From IMG/VR virus record IMGVR_UViG_3300006149_000009: a stretch of DNA of 64,000 bases; one strand, given 5' to 3'. This stretch comes from an uncultured virus (IMG/VR IMGVR_UViG_3300006149_000009) (Duplodnaviria; Heunggongvirae; Uroviricota; Caudoviricetes). Positions 20,229 to 31,345 of this stretch are shown here, piece by piece. Under the pieces are notes generated by a model. The model was given only the letters and a program-made list of their open reading frames with translations. It was not told the DNA's origin and ran no database searches. Each line of letters starts with the position of its first letter. Positions within the stretch are counted from its first letter, which is position 1. A program made the translations under genes and the position numbers.

Positions 20229-21020
20229 ATGAATATCAGCGATATTGCAATCACGAGCCTGGAGACTATTACTGCTTTTGATTTTGCCTCTGGCAACTAT
20301 AAATTTACCCTCGATGAGCTGCAGAACGCAACCATCGCAAATACGGAAGACAAAACAGAAATCACGGGTAAGGGCGGACGTAAGCTGTCCAACCTGAAAC
20401 GTAATAAAGCCGTAAATATCAGCGGCTCGAACGGCCTGGTTTCTGGCGGGATGCTTGAGGTACAGACCGGAAGCAAGTTCGAGACAAAGTCCACGGAAGT
20501 GCTGTGGACAGACTACCTGACAGTCAAAGACGGCGCTGCTTCTACTGCCTGGAAAGCAGTTGGTACTGACGGCGCTGAAATCGAAGCGCTTTATATCAGG
20601 AATGCAGACGGGACACTGAGCGACCCTATGGAGCAGGCTGATGCTGCCGCTTCCGGGAAATTCACTTATGACCCAGCAACTAAAGCACTGGCTTTCCATA
20701 CCGACGTAGCTGCCGGTTCTGAAATCGTAGTTTACTACAAAAGGCGCATGGTTGCCGATGTGCTTGAGAACCTGAGCGATGTATATTCCGGGAAATGCAC
20801 CCTGTACGTTGACGCTCTCGGTGAGGACAAATGCGGCAATATCTTCCGCATCCAGTTCTTCATCCCGAAAGCGGACTTCTCCGGGGAATTCTCCATTGAG
20901 CTGGGCGAGAACCAGACTGTACATGCATTCGAGGCAGAGTCCCTGGCTGGTGCGTGCGGGGCAAATGCTTCCCTGTGGACTTACACCATCTTTGGCGTAA
21001 ATACCGAGGACGCAGCGTAA
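20229..21020 (+). CDS. Major tail tube protein
   Basis: AGGAGG RBS, Thr/Ala/Gly-rich beta-type sequence, synteny. Confidence 0.7.
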   Translation: MNISDIAITSLETITAFDFASGNYKFTLDELQNATIANTEDKTEITGKGGRKLSNLKRNKAVNISGSNGLVSGGMLEVQTGSKFETKSTEVLWTDYLTVKDGAASTAWKAVGTDGAEIEALYIRNADGTLSDPMEQADAAASGKFTYDPATKALAFHTDVAAGSEIVVYYKRRMVADVLENLSDVYSGKCTLYVDALGEDKCGNIFRIQFFIPKADFSGEFSIELGENQTVHAFEAESLAGACGANASLWTYTIFGVNTEDAA

Positions 21021-21029
21021 GCGGGAGGT

Positions 21030-21344
21030 ATGCCTATGCCAAAGTCAACAAAAATCTGCAAGGTGTGTGGCAGGGAGTATGAGTACTGCCGCACACTGAG
21101 GCATACCGAAGGCGTATTCCGTTGGCAGGACGTAGCATGTTGTGCCGAGCACGGCAGCACTTACTTTGCCAGAATCCAGGCATCCCGTTCTGGGGTGCCT
21201 TCCGGCAAAAACACTTCCGACGATGATACAGCCATGAAAGAAGCGGTTCCGGACTACAGTGACCTCGACGAATGCGACGGAGAGGATGAGTGGTTCGGGG
21301 ACGACTTCGAAGACGACACTGAAGAAACTGCGATTGATGATTAA
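21030..21344 (+). CDS. Small Cys-containing protein with acidic tail
   Basis: CKVC...C...CC; GGAGG RBS. Confidence 0.7.
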   Translation: MPMPKSTKICKVCGREYEYCRTLRHTEGVFRWQDVACCAEHGSTYFARIQASRSGVPSGKNTSDDDTAMKEAVPDYSDLDECDGEDEWFGDDFEDDTEETAIDD

Positions 21345-21406
21345 TATATGGACGGCGGGCTGATTTCCCATACAGGGTGCAGCCCGCTTTTTGAGAGGTT
21401 TTCTTT

Positions 21407-21895
21407 ATGAAATGTAAAAATATCAAGCTCGTCATTGACGATTCCGTGCTTGACAGATATGAACAGTATTACTTTTCCGTGCATCCAAAAGCACAGAGGA
21501 AGCCAATTCCTTTCCCGTACCACGAGAGCATCAATGCATGGATGATAATGACGCGCCCTATGATGAACGCCCTGAAACAGCGCTGGAAGAGCTTCATACG
21601 CTGGTTTGTTGAGGAGCAAGGTTATACTAACCTACGCATCAAAACGTGCGAAATAAGCCAGAAGATTTACTACCCGAACAACAGAAGGCATGACATAGAT
21701 AACAGCACGCCCAAGTTCGTGCTGGACGGCCTGGTTGAAAGCGGGATGATTATTGACGACGACAGCAAGCACATAACGAAACTTACCCTGGAGTGCGGCA
21801 CGGATATTGAACATCCGCGCACGGAAATTACAATCAAAGTAATGAGCCTAGAAAAAACGGAGGAAATATCAAATGGAAAAAGCAAAGAGAATTGA
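21407..21895 (+). CDS. rusA: RusA-family Holliday junction resolvase
   Basis: RRHDIDN..PKFVLDGLV...IIDDD motif. Confidence 0.82.
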   Translation: MKCKNIKLVIDDSVLDRYEQYYFSVHPKAQRKPIPFPYHESINAWMIMTRPMMNALKQRWKSFIRWFVEEQGYTNLRIKTCEISQKIYYPNNRRHDIDNSTPKFVLDGLVESGMIIDDDSKHITKLTLECGTDIEHPRTEITIKVMSLEKTEEISNGKSKEN

Positions 21896-22490
21896 TGCAA
21901 GTGTATTCGCAGGTGCTGTTAATGCAGACAGCAGAAGCAAAGCATGGACAGGGGCATGGAATGGTATCGAAGTGGATATCACCCCTACTCTCCCACTGAT
22001 GGACGTCCTTACATTTGTTGACACCGTAGTAAAGACTTGTTTTTCTGAAATCGACGGCGCATACATGCCGGAAGTCAAAGATTTTGCCATCAAGAAATGC
22101 ATCCTGGAAATGTATGCAAACTTCACCCTTCCTGGGGATGTAGCGGAAAGCTATGCCTTGATTTACGAATCGGATGCCGTGGATTTCGTGCTACAGCATA
22201 TCAACAGCGTACAGTTTGAAGAGATTATCCAGTCTGCCGATGAAAAAATCAGGCATCTGGCACAAGCGAACATCGAAACAGCATACAAGCAGTTGGATGA
22301 ATTGTACGATGCATTCGACAACCTTCAGAATCAGATTGCAAATGCATTCTCTGGCATTAACGCAGAAGAAATAAATATGTTAGCGAATGTCCTTACCAGC
22401 GGGCAGATTGACGAAGGCAAAATTGCAGAAGCCCTCATCAAAAAACACAAATCCGATAAAATCAAGAAAATTCCGAAGGATGGTGAGTAG
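21873..22490 (+). CDS. Hypothetical protein, possible tail assembly chaperone
   Basis: Acidic, helical; upstream of tape measure. Confidence 0.5.
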   Translation: MEKAKRIDASVFAGAVNADSRSKAWTGAWNGIEVDITPTLPLMDVLTFVDTVVKTCFSEIDGAYMPEVKDFAIKKCILEMYANFTLPGDVAESYALIYESDAVDFVLQHINSVQFEEIIQSADEKIRHLAQANIETAYKQLDELYDAFDNLQNQIANAFSGINAEEINMLANVLTSGQIDEGKIAEALIKKHKSDKIKKIPKDGE

Positions 22491-22492
22491 GC

Positions 22493-23038
22493 ATGTCCTC
22501 GATTAACATGTCCTCCATTCTTGCCAAAGCCCAATCCTACATGGGTAGCGGAGATGGGAAACAGCTAACAAACAGCCTAATATGCAAGGTTATGCTTGGG
22601 TTACATGCCATGAAAGGCACTTCTCCAAATCTACCAGAAGAAGCTGCCAAAAAATTCATAGAAGTCCTGCAAAACGAAATCAACAGTTGCGGCCTGAGCG
22701 CTGGTGCCATCGACGCCATATCAAATCTGGAGCATACGGCAACGCAACGCACCGGAGAAAATACTTACGTTATAGGCGTATATTTCGCAGGCAACCTCAG
22801 CAGGCCTTCCTTAGATGAAGCGAAATATGGGGGCATCAACAACCTCGCAGCACTCTTCAATAACGGTGTAGACCATACGATGCATCCAATACAAGGCGAA
22901 TGGCATGGCTCGGAAATATGGAGCCGTACTACCATTCCAGGGACGCATTTTGTTGATAGCGCTATCAGGAATTTTATGAGCAGTTATGCCTCTAAATATA
23001 ATGTAACAGACATTTCTGTTAGCGAAGCATTTCAATAA
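22493..23038 (+). CDS. Phage hypothetical protein
   Basis: Intact ORF in late operon. Confidence 0.65.
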   Translation: MSSINMSSILAKAQSYMGSGDGKQLTNSLICKVMLGLHAMKGTSPNLPEEAAKKFIEVLQNEINSCGLSAGAIDAISNLEHTATQRTGENTYVIGVYFAGNLSRPSLDEAKYGGINNLAALFNNGVDHTMHPIQGEWHGSEIWSRTTIPGTHFVDSAIRNFMSSYASKYNVTDISVSEAFQ

Positions 23039-23124
23039 CCTTTTTGACACAATAAACATAAATTCATCCAAGGATTGGCCTTAGCCAGTCCTTTTCTTTA
23101 CATAAAGGACGGTGAAATCTATAT

Positions 23125-26100
23125 ATGGCTGATATTTTACTGACAGTTGGCGTGGATATTGCCCTTAGTTTCGCAGAATTCCAAGCCGGTATCCAATCCT
23201 TGGTTTCCAGTATCAACGCCAATCCCCCAAAAATAAAAGTACAACTTGATGATTCATCCCTCAGCGCAATGCGGCAGCAGATTGAGGAACTGCACCGTGC
23301 AGCCGCATCTGGAGCTACATCTGGAAATGCTGGCTCTATGGGCGCAAATACATCCGATGTAAACAGCAATACGGCTGCCATTAATGCCAACACGCAGGCA
23401 AGAAGACAAAACACAAGTGCGGCAACCGAAGCTGCTAACGCTACCCGAAATGCCGCAGCCGAACAAAAGATGCTGACAGCAGACGCGAAAGAATACTACA
23501 CTGCCCTCAGCAAAATAAATACGCTATTAAAGCAGGTCAGAAATAATGTAGGAAAATGGTCGGCTGCAAAAAATGGGGATACTGGAGGGGCTTATGAAAA
23601 CCTAAAAAGCCAAATCGCAGCTTTGGAAGCCCTCCAGAGACAGCTACAAAACGGTACTTTATCTGTTGAACAGTTCAATAGAGGATTCAACAACATTAAA
23701 TCCACTGTAACTGACGCATCTAACCGCATTAAAGATGCCGGTAAAAACTACCAAAGCTTCGGGGATAAAATCAGCAGCATCGGCAAAAAGTTTGCAACAT
23801 GGTTCGGGGTTACCCGTATCATAACGACCGCCATACAGACTTGCAAGAAAATGGTAGCCACCTACATGGAAATTGAAGATTCCATGACACAGATAAAGAT
23901 TGTAACCGGCGCAACGGATTCCCAAATGGAAGAATTCTTTGCTAAAGCTACAAGCATGGCACAGGAACTAGGCCAGAAAATCAGCGATGTATCCTCTTCT
24001 ATCGAGACATTCAGCCGCCTGGGATACAACCTGGGAGACGCTTCAGAGCTTGCCAAGTATGCAAACATCATGTCCAATGTAGCAAATGTAGACACTGGCA
24101 CCGCGACTACTGGTCTTACATCTATCATAAAAGGCTATAATATCGACGTAGCAGACGCAGAACACATTTCTGATGTGCTTGTAAAAGTCGGCCAGGAGTA
24201 TGCCATCTCCGCCGAAGAGCTGATGGCTGCATTCCAGCGCGGTGGCGCTGCCCTTGCCGCATCCGGGACAAGCTTTGAAAAGAGCGCCGCCCTGTTTGCA
24301 GCAACCAATGCATCCCTCCAGAATGCACAGACAACCGGTACAATGTGGAAGACCGTAAGCGCAAGAATCCGTGGGGCTACGACAGAACTTGAAGAGATGG
24401 GAGAATCGACAGAAGGCCTCGCAGATGGCCTGTCAAAATACCGAAAAGAAATCCAAGACCTGTCGGGCGTAGATATCATGAAAGATGAGAAGTCGTACAA
24501 AGACATGTATGACATCTTCGTACAGCTTGCGCAGGCGTGGGATGGAATGGAAAGCGATATGGCTCGCTCCCGTGTAGCTGAAATCCTTGGCGGAACCAGG
24601 AACACTTCTGGTATCATGTCCACCATCACAAACATCAAGGATGCGATGGGCGCATACGAAAGCGCTATGGACTCTGCCGGAACCGCCATGACAGCAAACA
24701 ATACCTACATGGAAACAACGTCTGCGCACGTCGACCAGTTGAAAGCAAGCTTCGAGGAATTGTCCTATGACTTCTTCAGCTCCAGCTCAATGAAAGTCGG
24801 CGTGGATGTCTTGAAAGGACTGGTCGAAGCCATTGATGCTGTTGTAGACTCCGTAGGTGCTTTAGGGATTTCACTTGGAGCGCTAGGTATTGGCAAAGTA
24901 ATCAAGCAGTTTGCTACGCTCTCAAAAGACGCAAAAGGATTTGCTAAACTCAGCTTCTTCAAACAGGCGTTAACTAAATCTTTCCCACGTATCACCGGTG
25001 CCATCACCAATGCCATTGCCGATATGTCCAGAGCCGGAGCAAACGGGGCTGGTATGTTAGGAAGGTTGGCGGCCGGGGCAAAGGCCTTCGCTTCCGCATT
25101 TTCACCATTAGCTTTAATAATTGCTGGTGTCAGCGCCGCACTTGCTGCCTTTTTCTTAATACAGAATAAGCAAAACAAAGAATTCCAGCAAAAGGTAGAT
25201 GCAGCAAAAGAAGCTGGGAAGGCTTGGGAAGAATCTAGCAATTCCATCCAGTCTTACACGGACAGAATCTCAGAATTACGGGCACAGCTTGCTTCTGGAA
25301 CTTTATCAGAGGAAGAAGCATATAACGCCAAATCTGAACTGCTGTCTATCCAGGAGAAACTCTCTGAGTCGTATGGGCGACAAGTAGAAGGCATCGACCT
25401 TGTAAACGGCTCTTTGCAGGAACAGATAGGGTTACTTAATCAAATCAACCAAGAGAAAGCAAACAAATTCCTGAATGAAAACCAGGAGGGGATTGATGAA
25501 GCTACCAGAAGGATGGAAGAAGTCCGGGAGTATCCTATCGGCTTTTTCTATAAGGAAGCTGAAGGTTCAGACTCCATCCAGGCAGCTATCCAGAAAATCA
25601 AAGATAAATATGGCGACGTGATTACCACGGTAGACGGGACAGACGGAGGGTTATACCTCTACCTCAACGCAGATGCCACGCAGGCTGAAAATGCATTAAA
25701 TGACTTAATGACGGAATTGCGCCAAATTCCTGGGGAGATTGAGGACACCCCATTTCTCAAGCCTATTTTCGATTCCGTCAAGGAAGGCCTCGAAGAAGTA
25801 AACAAAATTACTGCGGAAGATGGCGGTCTGTACGAACAATCCAAAGCAGCAGCCGTAACCGGGGACATGGGTATATACACTGATGCCAAAAACAAAGCCC
25901 AGTCCGCTGCCGACTGGATGGATGACTATACGAAAGCGATTGAAAGGTATAATACTGCCCTTGCTATGGGCGACACCACCGAAATATCAGCCGCCGCCGA
26001 AGAGTTTTCTTCCGTAGATAATAGCATCCAGGGTCTGCTGGAAGACAGCGAAGGCTTAGGCAAGTTCTCTACCCAATTCAAAAATGCTTTAGGTGCTTTA

Positions 26101-29100
26101 AACACAGAAGCTATTGCAAACTTTGACTTCAAAAGTAAATTAGAAGAAGCTGCCGCTTTGGGTGATGAAGCCCAGAAAAGCGGTGTGCTTGCATCAGAAG
26201 GTATAGCCAGATACCTCCAGATAATAAAAGATGCAAAATTAGACGACATCGACTTCCAGGCATTGCTCCTGAACCCCGATACCTCAGAAGTTGGCACCGC
26301 CATTAGTGAATTGGGCGAATGCGCCGATAATGCAGGGGTCTCAACGGATTTCCTTGTCAGCTCACTTCTTAACCTTGGGATTATCACTGGGGACATTTAC
26401 GACAAAACTACGCGAGCCGCAGCCGGGACTCAAGCCCTGGCACAGCGTATCGAGAACTTCAAGACCCTGCAGGGAACTTTGCAGTCAGCCCTGTCGAACT
26501 CAAAGTCCGCAACAGGGCTGACAACAGAAGAAATCCAGAAGCTTCAGGAGGCTTATGGCGACCTGGAAGGATATAACCCTTACCGCCTGTTTGAAGAAAC
26601 CGCGAATGGGGTACACCTGAACTCAGATGAACTCAAGAAGCTGAATAAAGAACTGGATGCGAAGGAACTTGAAAATTTCGCAGATAAAATCCAGTACCTG
26701 CAAGAACAGATTTATGATGAGCGCAAGAAAGGCAGCGACACGTCTGCGCTGGAAAATGAGCTGATGCAGACACAGCTACTTAAATCCCAGTACGAGGGGC
26801 TGGCATCCGCCTACAACGCCTGGCTGACTGCCAAATCCGGTGGGAAAGAACGTGACTCCTATGAAAGCATCGGAAGCAGTTATGAAGAGATGCAGAAAAC
26901 CTTGGAGCAGGGCTGGTATGGGGATGAGTCCCTGAACGCCTACCTTGACCTCCTTCTGTCTGCCGAACAGAGGACAGGGGATGCCGCAGCGGACTTTGAG
27001 AAACTGACGCAGACCATTGACGGCACAAGCCACAGCATCATGGACTACTGGAAGTTTGACGAAGATAATAACCTTGTGTCGGACGGCCTGTTTGATTTCC
27101 TTGATGACGTCAACCTGAAACTTGGGGACTCCTTTGCCCACCTCAACGAAGATGGGAAATACGAATTCGATTTCAATGGGGACAAGCTGCAGGAAGTCGC
27201 TGACGCATTCGGCATCAGCACGGAAGCTGTAGAGCTGTTTGAACGCGCACTGATTGACTCCGGCATGGCTATCGACCTTAGCGACCTGGACTTCACCGGG
27301 CAGGTTAATAAGGCAAAAGAAGCCCTCGAAGACCTTCAGGAATCCGGGAAGGTATCGAAAAACATTGACTTGTCCTTCGATACATCTACAGCTCCGCTGG
27401 GAGATTTGAAGTCCTACATCAATACACTTAAAAACGAACGGATAAAAATTAATGCAGAGACAGACCCAAAAGCAGCTGCAGCCCTCGATGAGTTAATTGC
27501 GAAATGTGAGCGGGACTACTATTTCCGTCTCAACATGTCTACAGACGGCGGCCTGAGCCATGCCTCCTTAATCATTGCACAGATGCAGGCCTCCAGCGAG
27601 CTTTACTTCTCTGTAGATGTCCAGATGTCCGAAATCACATCCCTTGCGGAGCAATTAGCTAACCTCCCGCAAAGCGTCCAGGTCGCAGTAGGAATCCGCC
27701 CTGAGAACGTAGGCAATGTGGAAGGCATCGTAAACCAATGGAAAGACAGCCCTGAAAGCATCTCTATCCCTGTGGGGTTCTCGCCCGACACTTCCGAGGC
27801 TGACAGCGCTGTAGACAAAGTAAATGCCAACAATGTCGACGACAAGTCCTTCACCATTGACGCCGTTGATAATGCATCACCCAAGATTCAAATTATCAAG
27901 GAGAATCTGGATAAGCTGAATGATAAGTCCATAACTGTCACGACTGTAGAAAAGACTGTAAAAAAGGCCGAAGCAAGCAAGAATGCGGAGGTGTCCGGAA
28001 CAGCCCATGCTGACGGCACTGCCTTCCGCTCTACTAAAAACCACATCTATCCTGTTAATGCATACGCATCAGGGCAGAACTGGTCTCTGATGGATGATGA
28101 GGATGCGCTCGTCAATGAGCTGGGGACAGAATCCATCGTCCGTGACGGAAAGTGGTATCCGCTCCCTGGCGGCGCACACGTCGCACAGCTCAAGAAGGGC
28201 GATATCATCTTCTCCGCCGAACAGACAAAGGAACTCCTAAAATCCGGACGGGTTACAGCAGGAGGCGGGCACGGGAAACGCGCACTTGCAGACGGGACGG
28301 CGTTCAATACGCTGAACCTCAATGCATATGAAAATGGTACTGGCGGTTCACGCAGGCCGAACTCCGGCGTCGGCACGCACTCCCCGGGGGCGTCGTCCTC
28401 CAACAAGGGCTCTTCGAATTCTGATTCAAAATCTGATAAGAAGAAAGATAAGAAGGACAATTCCAAAATCATTGACTGGATTGAAATCGCCATAAGCCGG
28501 ATTGAGCGGGCAATCGACCGGCTTGCCACAACTGCCACAAGCCCATTCAAAGGCTTGTCTAAAAGGCTGGCTGCAACGAACAAAGAGCTGTCCAAAATGG
28601 CCGCTGAACTGTCCATACAGAAGAAAGGATACCACCGGTACCGCAAGGAAGCCAAATCAGTTTCCCTGTCCGGAGACCTGAAGAAGAAAGTCCGCAAAGG
28701 CACAATAGACATCACGAAATACGATGAAAAGACCGCCGAGAAGATAGAGAATTACCAGAAATGGTATGAAAAGGCAATGGAGTGCCGGGACGCTATACAG
28801 GAGCTGCGTGAAAGCATGGCTGAGCTGTACCAGAACAAGTTCAATGACGTGGCAACGCATTACGAGAACAAACTTTCAACCCTGGAACACCTCACCACGA
28901 CATACAACAACAATATCTCTGAAATCGAGGAACGCGGCTACCTCTCCAGCACAAAATATTATGAAGCGCTTCAGGATGTCGAGCGGAAGAACATTAAGCT
29001 CCGTGAGAAAGAACTTGACTCCCTGACCAAGAAAATGAATGAAGCTGTAAATTCCGGCAGAATCAAAAAGGGTTCCGAGGCATGGTACGAAATGCAGCAG

Positions 29101-30969
29101 GAAATCAATGCAGTCAAAGAAGCCATCCAGGAATCCGGGATAGAAATCATCAAGCTCGGAAATAGCATCCGGGAGGTCAAATGGGGGCATTTCGACTACC
29201 TCCAGGAACAGATAGGGCAGGTTGCCGAAGAAGCTGAATTCCTAATCAGCCTCATGGAAAACTCCAAGCTATATGACGATACCGGGCAGCTCACAGACAC
29301 CGGTATGGCAACTATGGGTATGCACGGCCAGAACTATAACGTGTATATGGCTCAAGCCGACAGGTACGCAAAGGAAATTATGGCGCTGGATAAGGAAATC
29401 GCAGAAGACCCTTACAACACAAAACTCCTGGACAGGCGTAAGGAGCTGATTGAAGCCCAGCGTGAATCCATCCTTGCTGCCAACGGAGAGAAAAAAGCCA
29501 TCCGGGATATGGTCGAGGAAGGAATCAACATCGAGCTTGATGCCCTGCAAAAACTGATTGACACCTACACGGATGCACTCGACAGCGCGAAAGACCTGTA
29601 CGACTACCAGAAGAAAGTGTCAAGCCAGACATCCGAAATCTCCAAGCTGCGGAAACAGCTTGCCGCATACGCTGGTGACACATCCGAAGAAAACCGTGCA
29701 GTCATACAAAGACTCCAGGTCAGCCTTGAAGAAGCGGAAGCTGACTTAGAAGAAACGCAATACGAGAACTACATCACTGAACAGAAGAAGTTGCTCGACA
29801 GCCTTTACACCGAATATGAGGAGGTTCTAAACCAGCGTCTGGACAATACCGACGTGCTGCTCTCAGACATGATTGACAGAATCAACGCAAATGCGGATTC
29901 CATCAGCACTACACTCACTGCTGAAAGCGAGAAAGTTGGGTATACCCTATCCGAAAACATGCAGAATATCTGGATGTCTAGTGAAAACACCGCCTCTATC
30001 ATCATGAAATATGGCGATTCCTTCAGCAGCTCCCTGACCTCTGTCAATAGCGTCTTGAACAGCATCGCTAACTACGTAGCCCTGTTAGCTGCCGCTGGCG
30101 ATACCGCAAACAACACTGACGGGAACGGCTCCGGCTCTTCCGGCAAAGACAAAAAGGATGACCCTAATAAAAACTCTAACTCAGGCTCCAGCTCTTCTGG
30201 AAACATAACAGCCGTAGTTACCACGCAAAGTACAAAACACCCCATTTTAGGTTCCTTCGGCAATATACCAACTGCAACCACGTTAAACGATAGCAAGCCT
30301 AAAAAGCCCTCTTCCACTGAGAAGAAAAAGAAACGCACTGAAAAAGAGAACCACGGTGTAGCACTTGCTATCTGGAACGGAGGCTACGGATGGGGCACCG
30401 GGGATACGCAGTCGAAAAGGCTGAAAGCGAAAGGGTTTGACACCAGCCGCGTCAAATCTATCGTTAATAAAATGGGCAAGGATGGGTATGTACAGAACGG
30501 CACATGGCCTGGTAAATACCACGGAATCAAATCCCTTGCGCCGTACCACTACAACAAGTTCAAGAAGGGCGGACTCGTGGATTACACCGGGCTTGCGCAG
30601 CTTGACGGTACGCCCGGAGAGCCGGAGCTTGTGCTGAACTCCAAGGACACCGCAAACTTCATCGAGCTGAAGGACGCTTTGCAGCGTATCGCCGACGGAA
30701 CCAGCCCGCTGACGAATATCTTCGCAGAGAACCCAGTACCCGACATCATCGGCTCTATTGGAAAAATAGACGCTCCGTCAAGCCCAGCCCAGGCACCCGC
30801 CAGCAATATTACCTATGAGGTAAACATCCCTATTGACCACGTGTCTGACTACAATGACTTTGCGAACCAGATGCGCAGGGATGGGAAGTTTGAGAAGATG
30901 ATTCATTCGATGACTTCAGACCGCGTGGATGGAAACACCAGCCTATCAAAAGGACTCAGCAACTGGTAA
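23125..30969 (+). CDS. Tail tape measure protein
   Basis: 2614 aa, Ala-rich helical with TP901-type core, hydrophobic segment, coiled coils, C-terminal CW_7-like motif. Confidence 0.92.
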   Translation: MADILLTVGVDIALSFAEFQAGIQSLVSSINANPPKIKVQLDDSSLSAMRQQIEELHRAAASGATSGNAGSMGANTSDVNSNTAAINANTQARRQNTSAATEAANATRNAAAEQKMLTADAKEYYTALSKINTLLKQVRNNVGKWSAAKNGDTGGAYENLKSQIAALEALQRQLQNGTLSVEQFNRGFNNIKSTVTDASNRIKDAGKNYQSFGDKISSIGKKFATWFGVTRIITTAIQTCKKMVATYMEIEDSMTQIKIVTGATDSQMEEFFAKATSMAQELGQKISDVSSSIETFSRLGYNLGDASELAKYANIMSNVANVDTGTATTGLTSIIKGYNIDVADAEHISDVLVKVGQEYAISAEELMAAFQRGGAALAASGTSFEKSAALFAATNASLQNAQTTGTMWKTVSARIRGATTELEEMGESTEGLADGLSKYRKEIQDLSGVDIMKDEKSYKDMYDIFVQLAQAWDGMESDMARSRVAEILGGTRNTSGIMSTITNIKDAMGAYESAMDSAGTAMTANNTYMETTSAHVDQLKASFEELSYDFFSSSSMKVGVDVLKGLVEAIDAVVDSVGALGISLGALGIGKVIKQFATLSKDAKGFAKLSFFKQALTKSFPRITGAITNAIADMSRAGANGAGMLGRLAAGAKAFASAFSPLALIIAGVSAALAAFFLIQNKQNKEFQQKVDAAKEAGKAWEESSNSIQSYTDRISELRAQLASGTLSEEEAYNAKSELLSIQEKLSESYGRQVEGIDLVNGSLQEQIGLLNQINQEKANKFLNENQEGIDEATRRMEEVREYPIGFFYKEAEGSDSIQAAIQKIKDKYGDVITTVDGTDGGLYLYLNADATQAENALNDLMTELRQIPGEIEDTPFLKPIFDSVKEGLEEVNKITAEDGGLYEQSKAAAVTGDMGIYTDAKNKAQSAADWMDDYTKAIERYNTALAMGDTTEISAAAEEFSSVDNSIQGLLEDSEGLGKFSTQFKNALGALNTEAIANFDFKSKLEEAAALGDEAQKSGVLASEGIARYLQIIKDAKLDDIDFQALLLNPDTSEVGTAISELGECADNAGVSTDFLVSSLLNLGIITGDIYDKTTRAAAGTQALAQRIENFKTLQGTLQSALSNSKSATGLTTEEIQKLQEAYGDLEGYNPYRLFEETANGVHLNSDELKKLNKELDAKELENFADKIQYLQEQIYDERKKGSDTSALENELMQTQLLKSQYEGLASAYNAWLTAKSGGKERDSYESIGSSYEEMQKTLEQGWYGDESLNAYLDLLLSAEQRTGDAAADFEKLTQTIDGTSHSIMDYWKFDEDNNLVSDGLFDFLDDVNLKLGDSFAHLNEDGKYEFDFNGDKLQEVADAFGISTEAVELFERALIDSGMAIDLSDLDFTGQVNKAKEALEDLQESGKVSKNIDLSFDTSTAPLGDLKSYINTLKNERIKINAETDPKAAAALDELIAKCERDYYFRLNMSTDGGLSHASLIIAQMQASSELYFSVDVQMSEITSLAEQLANLPQSVQVAVGIRPENVGNVEGIVNQWKDSPESISIPVGFSPDTSEADSAVDKVNANNVDDKSFTIDAVDNASPKIQIIKENLDKLNDKSITVTTVEKTVKKAEASKNAEVSGTAHADGTAFRSTKNHIYPVNAYASGQNWSLMDDEDALVNELGTESIVRDGKWYPLPGGAHVAQLKKGDIIFSAEQTKELLKSGRVTAGGGHGKRALADGTAFNTLNLNAYENGTGGSRRPNSGVGTHSPGASSSNKGSSNSDSKSDKKKDKKDNSKIIDWIEIAISRIERAIDRLATTATSPFKGLSKRLAATNKELSKMAAELSIQKKGYHRYRKEAKSVSLSGDLKKKVRKGTIDITKYDEKTAEKIENYQKWYEKAMECRDAIQELRESMAELYQNKFNDVATHYENKLSTLEHLTTTYNNNISEIEERGYLSSTKYYEALQDVERKNIKLREKELDSLTKKMNEAVNSGRIKKGSEAWYEMQQEINAVKEAIQESGIEIIKLGNSIREVKWGHFDYLQEQIGQVAEEAEFLISLMENSKLYDDTGQLTDTGMATMGMHGQNYNVYMAQADRYAKEIMALDKEIAEDPYNTKLLDRRKELIEAQRESILAANGEKKAIRDMVEEGINIELDALQKLIDTYTDALDSAKDLYDYQKKVSSQTSEISKLRKQLAAYAGDTSEENRAVIQRLQVSLEEAEADLEETQYENYITEQKKLLDSLYTEYEEVLNQRLDNTDVLLSDMIDRINANADSISTTLTAESEKVGYTLSENMQNIWMSSENTASIIMKYGDSFSSSLTSVNSVLNSIANYVALLAAAGDTANNTDGNGSGSSGKDKKDDPNKNSNSGSSSSGNITAVVTTQSTKHPILGSFGNIPTATTLNDSKPKKPSSTEKKKKRTEKENHGVALAIWNGGYGWGTGDTQSKRLKAKGFDTSRVKSIVNKMGKDGYVQNGTWPGKYHGIKSLAPYHYNKFKKGGLVDYTGLAQLDGTPGEPELVLNSKDTANFIELKDALQRIADGTSPLTNIFAENPVPDIIGSIGKIDAPSSPAQAPASNITYEVNIPIDHVSDYNDFANQMRRDGKFEKMIHSMTSDRVDGNTSLSKGLSNW

Positions 30970-31021
30970 CAATATTACAGGGAGGCATGTTCCGTGCCTC
31001 CCTATTTGATTGGAGGAAAGG

Positions 31022-31330
31022 ATGGATTTATATAGAAAAATCGACATGCAGGAACGCCGCATGAAGTCCCTGCGTTCCCAGATTGACAGGTTAAAGAATG
31101 AAAACGCTGCCCTGCGTACTGAAAACAGAGGGCTGTCAGACAAAATCACCGCTTACCAAGAACGGATGGCGGCCGTTGAAGAAGTACGTGCGGAATATGA
31201 ACGCTGCATCGCAGAAATCACACAGGTAAAAGAACAATACCGAGAAGCTGTAGCCAAAGCACGGGACATGAAGAACGAATACGCGTGCAAGTTCAAAGAA
31301 CTTATCCGCAGCCTGAAATCACAGAAATAA
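31022..31330 (+). CDS. Coiled-coil hypothetical protein
   Basis: GGAGG RBS; heptad pattern. Confidence 0.7.
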   Translation: MDLYRKIDMQERRMKSLRSQIDRLKNENAALRTENRGLSDKITAYQERMAAVEEVRAEYERCIAEITQVKEQYREAVAKARDMKNEYACKFKELIRSLKSQK

Positions 31331-31345
31331 GGAAGGAGGTGCTGC

